In this document: piece after piece, positions 31,593 to 40,677 of the stretch
Position numbering within the stretch: the stretch's first letter is position 1
Layout: every line of letters begins with the position of its first letter
Source: a bacterium
GTDB taxonomy: Bacteria; Hinthialibacterota; Hinthialibacteria; Hinthialibacterales; Hinthialibacteraceae
NCBI GenBank assembly: GCA_963662285.2
Contig: CAXXMV010000006.1
Span: forward strand, 384,001 to 448,000
DNA: 64,000 nt
Direction: 5' to 3'
The notes under the pieces: model-generated
Databases searched by the model: none
Seen by the model: the letters and a program-made list of their open reading frames with translations, nothing else
Told to the model about the DNA's origin: nothing
Made by a program: the position numbers and the translations under genes

Positions 31593-33236
31593 ATGCACTC
31601 AAAATTCACACCACTTGGTTTTTTAGGTTTAATTTTAATAGCAATCGGTCTTTTGGTTTGGGCTATTGTAACTGAACTGGCGCCCTATTCGGTCACTCCA
31701 CTGGTATTGGGCGGCTGCCTGGTTCTGGCCTACGTCCTGATGAATATCGGATACCTGACCCAAAAGCTCACCAAACGAACTGCCGTTGCAGGCGCGAATA
31801 TGGCGGTTAGCATTATCATTGTGTTGGCTATCATCGTCTTTCTGCAGATGATTCTCGCCAAACACAGCATGCGCTTCGACATGACTGAATCCAAAAAATT
31901 CAGTTTAGCGACCCAGACGATACAGTTATTGAAAGGTTTAGAGGATGAGTTTACTTTTCAGTACCTCAGCAATCCATCATCTCCCACAGCTGCCGGTGAA
32001 ACTCAAGGCGCCAAAGAATTGATGGAACTCTATGCTCTCTATTCAAACAAAATCACCATCAATATTATCGATCCTGACAAGGAGCCGGAAAAAGTTCAAG
32101 ACTTGTCTCCCATTACTCCAAATTCCATCTATGTTAGAAAAGGCGACCAGAAAATAACTCCGGTTAATGTAACCCCCATTAACGAAAACACTCTTACCAA
32201 TGCCATGATGAAACTGGTACAAGGCGGTCAAAAGGTTGTTTATTTCGTCTCGGGTCATAATGAACGCATTCTTACGGATATAACCAACCGCGACGCTATG
32301 GGTGGAATGACCAAACTGCTGGAACAAGAGGGATACGCAGTTAAGGAACTTAAACTGACTACTGTAAAAGACGTACCGGCAGATGCAGTAGCCGTGGTTA
32401 TCGCTGGTCCTCAACTGCCTTTCTATGATCCTGAAATAGCCGCTCTTGAGAATTATCTCAAGTTCGGCGGCAGGATGATGGTTATGCTCGATCCTGAAAA
32501 TCAATCTGGATTGGAAAAATTCTTTAATGAATCTTATGGCATCGAATTCGGTAATAACTATGTTATCGAACAAAATCCACTTATGCAGATGTTTGGTCAG
32601 GGAAGCCCTCTCTCACCCACTATCGGTGCGGTTGAAGCGCATCCGATTATTGATGCCTTTAAGAATGGGCTTCTACCTATACCTTTCCCTGTCGCTCAGA
32701 GTATAAAAAAGTCTGATGAACTTCCTGAAGGCGTAGAAGCCACGGAATTCATCAAGACCAGTAATAAAGCATTCGGAGAAACCGATATCGCTACTCTGAA
32801 AACAACTCATAAGGCGCAATTTGATCAAGGAGTAGACGTAATCGGACCAATTACTTTAGGTATAGCTTTATCCAAACCGGCTGAAGAAAAGGTCTCCGAA
32901 GCAACCTCGGTCGAAGTAGCTGAAGCCAAAGAGGAAGATTCAGGCAGCGAAAAGGTTGAAGAAAAACCAGAGACGCGGCTGGTGGTCTTCGGCGACTCAG
33001 ATTTCGCTACTAACAAAGTTATCCAGAACAGTTATGATTTGTTCATCAACTCGGTTAACTGGCTCACCAATCAGGAAGACCTGATCTCTATTCGTCCTAA
33101 AGACGATTCAGGCCAACCTATTATGATCAGTAAGGTAGACGCCCGTTTCGTATTCTATACATCTTTGGTGATTCTACCTTTGTTGATCGCGATTATCGGA
33201 ATTGTGGTAATTTCGCGGAAACGTTTCCAGGGATAA
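31593..33236 (+). CDS. GldG-like ABC auxiliary component
   Basis: RFDMT..K.FSL..QT..LL, VYFVSGHNE, VVIAGP, RLVVFGDSDF and NSVNWL...IRPK. N- and C-terminal TMs. Confidence 0.88.
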   Translation: MHSKFTPLGFLGLILIAIGLLVWAIVTELAPYSVTPLVLGGCLVLAYVLMNIGYLTQKLTKRTAVAGANMAVSIIIVLAIIVFLQMILAKHSMRFDMTESKKFSLATQTIQLLKGLEDEFTFQYLSNPSSPTAAGETQGAKELMELYALYSNKITINIIDPDKEPEKVQDLSPITPNSIYVRKGDQKITPVNVTPINENTLTNAMMKLVQGGQKVVYFVSGHNERILTDITNRDAMGGMTKLLEQEGYAVKELKLTTVKDVPADAVAVVIAGPQLPFYDPEIAALENYLKFGGRMMVMLDPENQSGLEKFFNESYGIEFGNNYVIEQNPLMQMFGQGSPLSPTIGAVEAHPIIDAFKNGLLPIPFPVAQSIKKSDELPEGVEATEFIKTSNKAFGETDIATLKTTHKAQFDQGVDVIGPITLGIALSKPAEEKVSEATSVEVAEAKEEDSGSEKVEEKPETRLVVFGDSDFATNKVIQNSYDLFINSVNWLTNQEDLISIRPKDDSGQPIMISKVDARFVFYTSLVILPLLIAIIGIVVISRKRFQG

Positions 33237-33252
33237 GAGTGAGGAATTAATT

Positions 33253-34662
33253 ATGAAAAAGAATCTCATCCTTCTTGTCCTGTTGGCCATCATCGGCGCC
33301 TATTTCTACTGGGATCGTGAACAGACAAAACAGAAGGAAGAACGCGAAGATAAACAAAGCCAGCTCTTCACTATCGAAAAAGATCAGGTTGAAGAGATCA
33401 GCGTTATCAAAGGCAATGAGACTTTCCAGGCGGTCAAGCAAGGTGATCGCTGGAAACTTATCAAACCTTTTGAAACTGATGGCGACAAAAGCACTTTGAA
33501 CAACATCGCCCGATCCTTCACCGGCGGTAAACGGCAGCGCGTCATTGTTGAAAGCGCTACTAATGTTACTGCTTTCGGATTGGATAATCCTAAATTGCAG
33601 GTTAGTCTCGCCGGAGTGAATGGAGCAACCAAATCTACTCTGCTGTTTGGAGACAAAACGCCAACCGCAGGCAAGTATTTCGCTATGGTGCAAGGCGCCA
33701 GTGATGTTATGACCGTTCAAAGCAACCTTTACACTACGGCTGACAAGCAATTATACGATTTCCGCGATAAAACCATTATCGATATGGAAACCGATCAAGT
33801 TCAAAAGATCGACATTACTCATGATAACGCAAACTTTACCCTGGAACGTAAAGACCCGGATCAATGGATTGTCTCCAGTCCGATTCAAGCGAAGGCTGAC
33901 CAGGGTAAAATCAATGAGATGATCAATGCTATAAAAAATGGAAAGATCAAACAATTCATTGATGAGAAGCCTGAGTCATTGAATGCATACGGATTGGTAT
34001 ATCCTGCGACTAAACTGGTCTTCTGGACAGGTAAAGACAGTAATCAATCCAGCTGGGCTTCGCGTGAACTTATTCTTGGTGGTACAACCTCCACCGAGAA
34101 CTTGTACGCTAAACGCGGCGGGCAGGAGAATGTCTTCGCCGTTGGTCCAACCGATTTTAATAATGTACCGGTTTCTTTAGATGCTCTACGTTTGAAGAAA
34201 ATCTTCACCCTGCGAAACTGGGAAGTTGATTACATTAAAATAACTTCGGCAGGATCAGTCTTGGTTGAAGCAACCAAGAGCGTAAGCGACTGGACCCTGC
34301 TTCAGCCGCAACAGGGTAAATCCACTTTCACTCAAACTTCCAACCTGGTTCGTGACGCAGCCATTTTGGAAGCGGCTGCTTTCGTCCATGGTACTACTCA
34401 GGAATACGGACTGGATAAGGTTGACCTGGAGATAGTGCTGGGGAAAACTGACGAAGGCAAGCAAGATGTAATCCAACTGGCTAAAGGCGATGATGGCAAT
34501 TATTACGGCGCCCGAACAGAACCATTGGAAATCTACTATTTAAGCGCTGAAAGCATCAATGCTCTTTTCGATAAAGTCAATCAGGTCAAACTCGAAGAGC
34601 AAGTCGCTGCTGAGTCGGTTGAAGATGCTATTAGCGCCGAAGCAGGCCAAGAAGAAAATTAG
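33253..34662 (+). CDS. DUF4340 domain protein
   Basis: N-terminal anchor and three repeats containing W.(L/I)..P....D and (Y/F)GL..P. Typical position after gldG-like genes. Confidence 0.85.
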   Translation: MKKNLILLVLLAIIGAYFYWDREQTKQKEEREDKQSQLFTIEKDQVEEISVIKGNETFQAVKQGDRWKLIKPFETDGDKSTLNNIARSFTGGKRQRVIVESATNVTAFGLDNPKLQVSLAGVNGATKSTLLFGDKTPTAGKYFAMVQGASDVMTVQSNLYTTADKQLYDFRDKTIIDMETDQVQKIDITHDNANFTLERKDPDQWIVSSPIQAKADQGKINEMINAIKNGKIKQFIDEKPESLNAYGLVYPATKLVFWTGKDSNQSSWASRELILGGTTSTENLYAKRGGQENVFAVGPTDFNNVPVSLDALRLKKIFTLRNWEVDYIKITSAGSVLVEATKSVSDWTLLQPQQGKSTFTQTSNLVRDAAILEAAAFVHGTTQEYGLDKVDLEIVLGKTDEGKQDVIQLAKGDDGNYYGARTEPLEIYYLSAESINALFDKVNQVKLEEQVAAESVEDAISAEAGQEEN

Positions 34663-34750
34663 TTATGGTTTAAGTACCATTATGTTTTGCAATTTTTGTT
34701 CCTACATAATTACATGCTGTATTAGATAGGTTTGCATAATAAAAATCTTA

Positions 34751-34793
34751 TTCGCGTTCAAAAAACCCTGAAAACAGGTTTTTTGAACGCGAA
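34751..34793. terminator. Long hairpin downstream of the ABC operon (terminator or repeat element)
   Basis: TTCGCGTTCAAAAAACCCTG-AAAA-CAGGTTTTTTGAACGCGAA: 19-bp stem with one bulged base. Confidence 0.55.
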
Positions 34794-35008
34794 ATACAGA
34801 TAAGAATAATGTGTACGCCAACTTAAGGTATAATAACTTTGTTATTTTGGGTGATTTTTACGGAACATTGCTCACCCGGTTTCATCAAGCCCATCGAGAA
34901 AAAATTGGATCAAGACCTGCTTTTCTAACCTCCACTGCTGGAAACTTCACCTCATTCATGATAAAACTATCTTGTGCTTGGAAAACATAATGAAAGGCCG
35001 GATATATC

Positions 35009-37063
35009 ATGAGAAATATTAAACTATTATTAATCGTTATCGCAACTTCATTTGTTTTGGGATCATGCGTCTCGAATCAGATCGTTGTTCCACCCGATAC
35101 TACCGTCTACTACGTTTCTCCCGACGGTAATGACTCATGGTCTGGAACTATAGCGTCTCCCAGCGGCATTAACGGTCCATTCGCCACTATCAGCCGCGCC
35201 CGCGACGCCATTAGAACGTTGAAAAAAGAAGGTCTTTTTAATCAATCAGTCATAGTCTACGTACGCCAGGGGACTTATTTCCTGGATCAGGCGCTTGAAT
35301 TTACGCCGGAAGATTCTGGCGACCAGAGCCGTAGTATCACCTATTGCGCTTATCCCGGTGAGAAGGTTGTGTTGAGTGGAGGGGAAAAGATAACTTCGAA
35401 ATTGATTCCAACCGAATCGGGCGTGGTCAAGACAGCCATCCCCCAAGTAACCCAAGGCGATTGGTTCTTTTATCAACTGTTCATCAATGGAGAACGCCGC
35501 ACCCGCGCCCGCACGCCCAATGATGGTTTCTTTAATATGGTCGGCCAGATGAAACTGGAAGGTCCGGCGCATTTCACATTTAATAAAGATGACATAAAAG
35601 CAGAGTGGGCAGGCCGGGGCGACGTGGATGTAATTGGTCTGGCCAAGTGGGCAGAAATCCGTATGCCTATTGCTGCGGTTGATGCTAAAGAGAATACAGC
35701 GACGCTGACCAAACAGGTTCCTCCCAGCAACTGGAACGGCGCCGAGAATCCACGTTATTGGATCGAAAACGCTCCCCAGGCGCTGGATCAACCCGGCGAA
35801 TGGCGGCTGGACAAACATACCGGCATATTGTCATTAATCCCCAAAGCGGATGATGATATCAATGACCTGTGCATCATCGCCCCGCGTTTAGAGCATATCA
35901 TTCGTATAGCGGGCGAACCTGAGAAAGAGCGTTTTGTGAGCAACCTATGTTTTAAGGATTTCGCGTTTAAGCACACCATCGCTCCTAAATTGCAGGAAGG
36001 GTATGACGACGTACAGGCGGCCTATAATATTTCTGCGGCCTTCAGCGCAGAGGGCGCCAGGAACTGCCGCGTGCAGAATTGCCAGTTTACCCAAATCGGA
36101 AACTACGCAGTCGAATTCGCCAAAGGCTGCCAGGATAACGTCATCATTGGAAATGAAATGGGCGACATCGGCGCCGGCGGTGTGAAGATTGGCGAACCAG
36201 TCATGCGTGAAGGGGCATTAGATGCACGGGGCAACCAGGTTACCGACAACCATATTCACCATATAGGAGTGATGTATCCAGCAGCGGTTGGCATCTGGGT
36301 CGGTCAAAGCAGTTATAACCTTCTGGCTTATAACCACATTCATCATTCCTACTACACTGGTTTATCTGTGGGCTGGTCATGGGGATATCATCCAACCGGC
36401 GCCCATCATAACATAGTTGAATTCAATGACGTCCATCATATAGGGCAGGGCATCCTGAGCGACATGGGCGGCATCTATACCCTGGGAACCCAACCGGGAA
36501 CCGTGATTCGTTACAACCTGTTCCATGATATCTATTCATTCAGTTACGGCGGTTGGGGCATCTATCCCGACGAAGGCAGTACGCGCATCCTGGTTGAGAA
36601 TAATGTGACCTACCGCACCAAAAGCGCGGGCTTCCATCAGCACTATGGTAAAGAGAATACCATCAGAAATAATATTTTCGCCTTCGCCAAGGAGTATCAG
36701 GTAATGCGCACCCGCGCTGAAGAACACCTCTCATTGACCTTTGAGCGAAATATCGTAATCTTCGACCAGGGAGAATTATTGGGCAGCAACTGGTCAGGTG
36801 AGAATTACAAATTAGATAATAATATCTATTGGGATACCCGTCAGAAAGAGATTCGTTTCTCCAAATGGTCATGGGATGAATGGCGCGCTAAAGGCAACGA
36901 CAAAAATTCGCTTATCGTCGATCCCATGTTTGAAAATGCGCTGGAATATGATTTCCGTTTGAAAGAGAATTCGCCAGCACAGAAGATTGGATTCAAGCCG
37001 ATAGATTTAAGCAAAATCGGCCCTAGGGAAGAATTCGCTTTTGATTGCCCAAGCGCAAAATAA
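35009..37063 (+). CDS. Lipoprotein right-handed parallel beta-helix protein (GH141-like)
   Basis: Lipobox LGSC. YYVSPDGNDSWSG...GPFATI.RARDA, QLFINGERRTRARTP, DMGGIYTLG and GIYPDEGS. Confidence 0.8.
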   Translation: MRNIKLLLIVIATSFVLGSCVSNQIVVPPDTTVYYVSPDGNDSWSGTIASPSGINGPFATISRARDAIRTLKKEGLFNQSVIVYVRQGTYFLDQALEFTPEDSGDQSRSITYCAYPGEKVVLSGGEKITSKLIPTESGVVKTAIPQVTQGDWFFYQLFINGERRTRARTPNDGFFNMVGQMKLEGPAHFTFNKDDIKAEWAGRGDVDVIGLAKWAEIRMPIAAVDAKENTATLTKQVPPSNWNGAENPRYWIENAPQALDQPGEWRLDKHTGILSLIPKADDDINDLCIIAPRLEHIIRIAGEPEKERFVSNLCFKDFAFKHTIAPKLQEGYDDVQAAYNISAAFSAEGARNCRVQNCQFTQIGNYAVEFAKGCQDNVIIGNEMGDIGAGGVKIGEPVMREGALDARGNQVTDNHIHHIGVMYPAAVGIWVGQSSYNLLAYNHIHHSYYTGLSVGWSWGYHPTGAHHNIVEFNDVHHIGQGILSDMGGIYTLGTQPGTVIRYNLFHDIYSFSYGGWGIYPDEGSTRILVENNVTYRTKSAGFHQHYGKENTIRNNIFAFAKEYQVMRTRAEEHLSLTFERNIVIFDQGELLGSNWSGENYKLDNNIYWDTRQKEIRFSKWSWDEWRAKGNDKNSLIVDPMFENALEYDFRLKENSPAQKIGFKPIDLSKIGPREEFAFDCPSAK

Positions 37064-37159
37064 GCAGTATTATTAGTTAATAATATTTTGCTATAAAACT
37101 AAAAACAGCAGTCAGATTATGCTTATTCAGTCAATTGAAATGTATAAGGTTTTTGATAA

Positions 37160-37198
37160 CAACCCCCCTTGAATTCTCCCCCAACTTGGGGGAGAGGG
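37160..37198 (-). repeat. REP-like palindrome copy
   Basis: CAACCCCCCTTGAATTCTCCCCCAACTTGGGGGAGAGGG, an inverted-orientation variant of the 16313 element. Confidence 0.75.
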
Positions 37199-37260
37199 AT
37201 TTTGGAGAAATAACTAGTGATATTGTTGAGACTTAGTTATACAAAAAACCGAAGATAATA

Positions 37261-37299
37261 ATTCCTCTCCCAAGATTGGGAGAGGTTAGGAGAGGGTTG
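37261..37299 (+). repeat. REP-like palindrome copy heading Uma2 cassette 1
   Basis: ATTCCTCTCCCAAGATTGGGAGAGGTTAGGAGAGGGTTG. Stem CCTCTCCCAA/TTGGGAGAGG plus purine tail. Confidence 0.8.
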
Positions 37300-37368
37300 A
37301 TATTGGTAATCTTCGTAGATAAATAACCAACAATATCAAGTGTGCTTCTCAGTAAAGCGAGAACGATC

Positions 37369-37932
37369 ATGCCGATCCTGAAAGAAAAAGAACGGTATAC
37401 CTACAAGGATTATTGCGGTTGGCCGGATGAAGAACGGTGGGAACTGATCGACGGCGTAGCTTATGATATGACGCCCGCGCCCATCTTAAGACATCAGGAT
37501 ATTGTTTTAAATCTTGGCGGCATCCTCAAAAATGCGCTCAAGGAAAAGCAATGCATAGTCGGCATTGCTCCAACGGATATAGTTTTGTCGGATCATGATG
37601 TCGTGCAGCCGGATGTTTACGTCGTTTCTGATAAAACCAAGATAACCGAAAAGAACATCCAGGGAGCGCCTGATTTCGTAGCGGAAATATTGAACCCTTC
37701 AACATCCAAAAAAGACCGTTGGATTAAGAAGAAACTTTATGAAAAATATGGCGTCCGCGAATACCTTATTATCGATCCGGATGGTGAATATATCGAACGT
37801 TATCTATTAGTGGATAAAGGTAAATTCGATCAAGGCGAGGCCTTTGATACGGATAGCGTCATGCAACTGAAATCTCTATCCGGTCTGAAAATTTCAGTAC
37901 AGGATATGTTTAGCAAATCAATTGATGTGTGA
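37369..37932 (+). CDS. Uma2 (DUF820) PD-(D/E)XK family endonuclease, copy 1
   Basis: YTYKDY..WP...RWELIDG....TPAP...HQ, VQPDV, GAPDFVAEIL.PST...D...KK.LYEKYGVREY.IIDP. Confidence 0.92.
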   Translation: MPILKEKERYTYKDYCGWPDEERWELIDGVAYDMTPAPILRHQDIVLNLGGILKNALKEKQCIVGIAPTDIVLSDHDVVQPDVYVVSDKTKITEKNIQGAPDFVAEILNPSTSKKDRWIKKKLYEKYGVREYLIIDPDGEYIERYLLVDKGKFDQGEAFDTDSVMQLKSLSGLKISVQDMFSKSIDV

Positions 37933-37955
37933 TTATAAATAATCTGTGTCCAAAC

Positions 37956-37994
37956 ATTCCTCTCCCAAGATTGGGAGAGGTCAGGAGAGGGTTG
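37956..37994 (+). repeat. REP-like palindrome copy heading Uma2 cassette 2
   Basis: ATTCCTCTCCCAAGATTGGGAGAGGTCAGGAGAGGGTTG, one mismatch to 37261-37299. Confidence 0.8.
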
Positions 37995-38064
37995 ATAAAG
38001 GTAATCTTCGCATAAGCATAAGCAATAATATCAAGTGTACTTCTTCCGCAAAGCGAGAATGATT

Positions 38065-38628
38065 ATGCCGATCCCGAAAGAGAAAGAGCCATATTCCTAT
38101 AAGGATTATTGCGGTTGGCCGGATGAAGAACGGTGGGAAATAATCGACGGTGTAGCTTATGATATGACGCCCGCGCCCATCTTAAGGCATCAGGATATTG
38201 CCGGGAACTTTTTTGTTATCCTCAAAAATGCGTTAAAGGAAAAGCAATGCGTAGTCGGCATTGCTCCAACGGATATAGTTCTGTCGGAGCATGATGTTGT
38301 GCAACCGGATGTTTACGTCGTTTGCGATAAAGAGAAACTAACCGAAAAGAACATCCAGGGGGCGCCTGATTGCGTCGCGGAAATATTGAGTCCTTCCACA
38401 TCCAGAAAAGACCGTTGGATCAAGAAGAAACTTTATGAAAAATACGGCGTCCGTGAATATCTTATTATCGATCCGTCTGGTGAGTATATCGAACGTTATC
38501 TATTAGTGGATAAAAGTAAATTCGATCAAGGCGAGGCCTTTGATACAGATAGCGTCATGCAACTGAAATCTCTATCCGGTCTTGAAATTTCAGTACAGGA
38601 TGTGTTCAGTAAATCAATTGGCTTATGA
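38065..38628 (+). CDS. Uma2 (DUF820) PD-(D/E)XK family endonuclease, copy 2
   Basis: Near-identical tandem paralogue of 37369..37932 with the same motifs. Confidence 0.92.
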   Translation: MPIPKEKEPYSYKDYCGWPDEERWEIIDGVAYDMTPAPILRHQDIAGNFFVILKNALKEKQCVVGIAPTDIVLSEHDVVQPDVYVVCDKEKLTEKNIQGAPDCVAEILSPSTSRKDRWIKKKLYEKYGVREYLIIDPSGEYIERYLLVDKSKFDQGEAFDTDSVMQLKSLSGLEISVQDVFSKSIGL

Positions 38629-38675
38629 TTATACATTGATATATATTTTATACCCGCTCAAAAAAGGAAGAAGAG

Positions 38676-40595
38676 ATGAAATCATTCTACGCATTGCTGT
38701 TAATGGCAATCATAGTACAGACTGCATCCAGCCGGGAATTTCATGTTTCCATCCAAGGCGCCGACGACAATGAAGGTTCATTATCCCAGCCTTTCAGAAC
38801 CATATCCGCTGCAGCAGAGGCCGCTCAGCCGGGCGATGTAATCACTGTGCATGAAGGGACGTATCGCGAACGGATCACTCCACCCCGCGGCGGCGAATCA
38901 GATGACAAGCGGATCGTGTATCAAGCCGCCCAAGGCGAAGAGGTAATCATCAAAGGTTCGGAGATTATTGATGAATGGCAACACTTCATGGGTAATGTCT
39001 GGAAGGCGATTATACCCAATTCATTCTTCGGCGAATACAATCCTTATAAGGATTTGATAGAGGGCGACTGGTTTACCGATAAAGGACGGCCTCATCATAC
39101 TGGAGATGTATATCTCAACGGAAAATCTCTGTTTGAAACCAACCTTCTGGAACAGGTTCTGAATCCCAAACCATATCCAGACGCCCGCGACCCGCAAGCC
39201 TCGTTACTAACCTGGTTTTGTGAAAGCGACAAGCAAAACACTTACATCTACGCCAATTTCCAAGGCGCGAATCCTAACAACGAACTGATAGAAATCAACG
39301 CCCGCGATGCATGTTTTTATCCCGATGAACCAGGGCGCAACTATATCACCATCCGGGGCTTCCGCATTTGCCAGGCGGCCACCCAATGGGCTGCGCCGAC
39401 CGCTGAACAAAACGGCATGATCGGTACGCACTGGAGCAAGGGCTGGATCATCGAAAACAACATCATCAGCGACTCGCGCTGTTCCGGCATCACCCTGGGC
39501 AAAGACCGCAAGACCGGACATAACGTCTGGAGTAATAATACCTACAAAGGTGGCGCCACGCATTACAACGAAGTAATCATTCGCGCCTTAAAAATTGGTT
39601 GGTCAAAAGAAAATATCGGCTCGCATATCGTCAGAAACAACACCATCTTCAATTGCCAGCAGACCGGAATCTGCGGCAGCCTGGGCGCTGTCTTCAGCCG
39701 GATTGAAAACAACCACATCTATGATATCTGGACCAAACGTCAGTTCACCGGCGCCGAAATGGGCGGCATCAAAATCCATGCCTCTATCGATATGGTCATC
39801 AAAAACAACCTAATCCACAACACTGGCCGGGGCATGTGGATGGACTGGATGGCTCAGGGAACCCGCATCTCCAACAATATTCTCTATGACAACACCGATG
39901 ACGATCTTTTTGTTGAAGTCAACCACGGCCCGTTTCTGGTCGATAATAACCTATTCCTGTCTGACGTCAGCCTGCGCGACCAATCTGAAGGCGGCGCCTA
40001 CGTCCATAATTTGATGACGGGTCAAATTAACATGTACTCCGAACTGAGCCGCGTTACTCCCTATCATGAAGCCCATTCAACCGAACTGGCCGGAGTCACT
40101 CAAATCCATGGCGGCGATCACCGTTTCTTTAATAACATCCTGATCGGCGACGGTGAAGTCCCCGATGATATTCCATCAGGAGACCAGAAAAGCAACCAAG
40201 GCTTATCTGATTATGGACTGTGGATGTACAACATCAGGGAGCATCCCTTAAGCGCAGCTGGTAATATATATTTCAACGGCGCTCAACCATATTACGAAGA
40301 AGCCAGACCGCTTGTCATGAATGACCATGATCCTCAGGTTGAGATAGTGGAAGAAGGCGGAAAGGTTTTTCTTAAAATCAACTTAGGCGACGATTTGAAT
40401 AAAGCAGTCACATCACTGGTCACAACAGAAAGCCTCGGAGAGGCGCGGATTCCTCAATTGGGCTTTGAGAATGCGGATGGTTCGCCCTTGGTAATAGATG
40501 CTGATTTCTTTGGCGCCAAAAGAAGCGAGACTGCTCCAACCGCTGGTCCATTCGAAAATCCAGGCCAGGGCAATCTTAAAATCCAACTCTGGTAG
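38676..40595 (+). CDS. Secreted parallel beta-helix glycoside hydrolase, GH120 (XylC-like beta-xylosidase)/DUF1565
   Basis: PFRTISAAA..AQPGD..TVHEGTYRE, IPNSFFGEYNPY...GDWF...HTG.VYLNG, QAATQWAAPTAEQ, GAEMGGIKIHA and EVNHGP. Confidence 0.8.
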   Translation: MKSFYALLLMAIIVQTASSREFHVSIQGADDNEGSLSQPFRTISAAAEAAQPGDVITVHEGTYRERITPPRGGESDDKRIVYQAAQGEEVIIKGSEIIDEWQHFMGNVWKAIIPNSFFGEYNPYKDLIEGDWFTDKGRPHHTGDVYLNGKSLFETNLLEQVLNPKPYPDARDPQASLLTWFCESDKQNTYIYANFQGANPNNELIEINARDACFYPDEPGRNYITIRGFRICQAATQWAAPTAEQNGMIGTHWSKGWIIENNIISDSRCSGITLGKDRKTGHNVWSNNTYKGGATHYNEVIIRALKIGWSKENIGSHIVRNNTIFNCQQTGICGSLGAVFSRIENNHIYDIWTKRQFTGAEMGGIKIHASIDMVIKNNLIHNTGRGMWMDWMAQGTRISNNILYDNTDDDLFVEVNHGPFLVDNNLFLSDVSLRDQSEGGAYVHNLMTGQINMYSELSRVTPYHEAHSTELAGVTQIHGGDHRFFNNILIGDGEVPDDIPSGDQKSNQGLSDYGLWMYNIREHPLSAAGNIYFNGAQPYYEEARPLVMNDHDPQVEIVEEGGKVFLKINLGDDLNKAVTSLVTTESLGEARIPQLGFENADGSPLVIDADFFGAKRSETAPTAGPFENPGQGNLKIQLW

Positions 40596-40612
40596 ATAAA
40601 AGTAACCTCACT

Positions 40613-40652
40613 ATTCTCCCCCCAAGTTTGGGGGGAGTTAGAGGGGGGTTGC
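40613..40652 (+). repeat. REP-like palindrome copy between convergent genes
   Basis: 40 bp identical to 16313-16352. Confidence 0.85.
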
Positions 40653-40677
40653 CCTCCGAATATTCAAAACCTGATAA

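Noticed and set aside
29852-33236. Gliding motility or sporulation inferred from Gld-like and CotH-like genes
   Set aside because: Both families are widespread in organisms without those traits, and no other pathway genes are present.
37160-37994. Repeated ~39-bp palindromes as a CRISPR array
   Set aside because: Spacing is irregular (about 60 and 650 nt), orientation is mixed, a gene lies between copies, and no cas genes are present.
40569-40595. GH120-like C-terminus (GNLKIQLW) as a fifth tagged protein
   Set aside because: The Trp is terminal and the V-x-x-W-x-L-Y spacing is absent.
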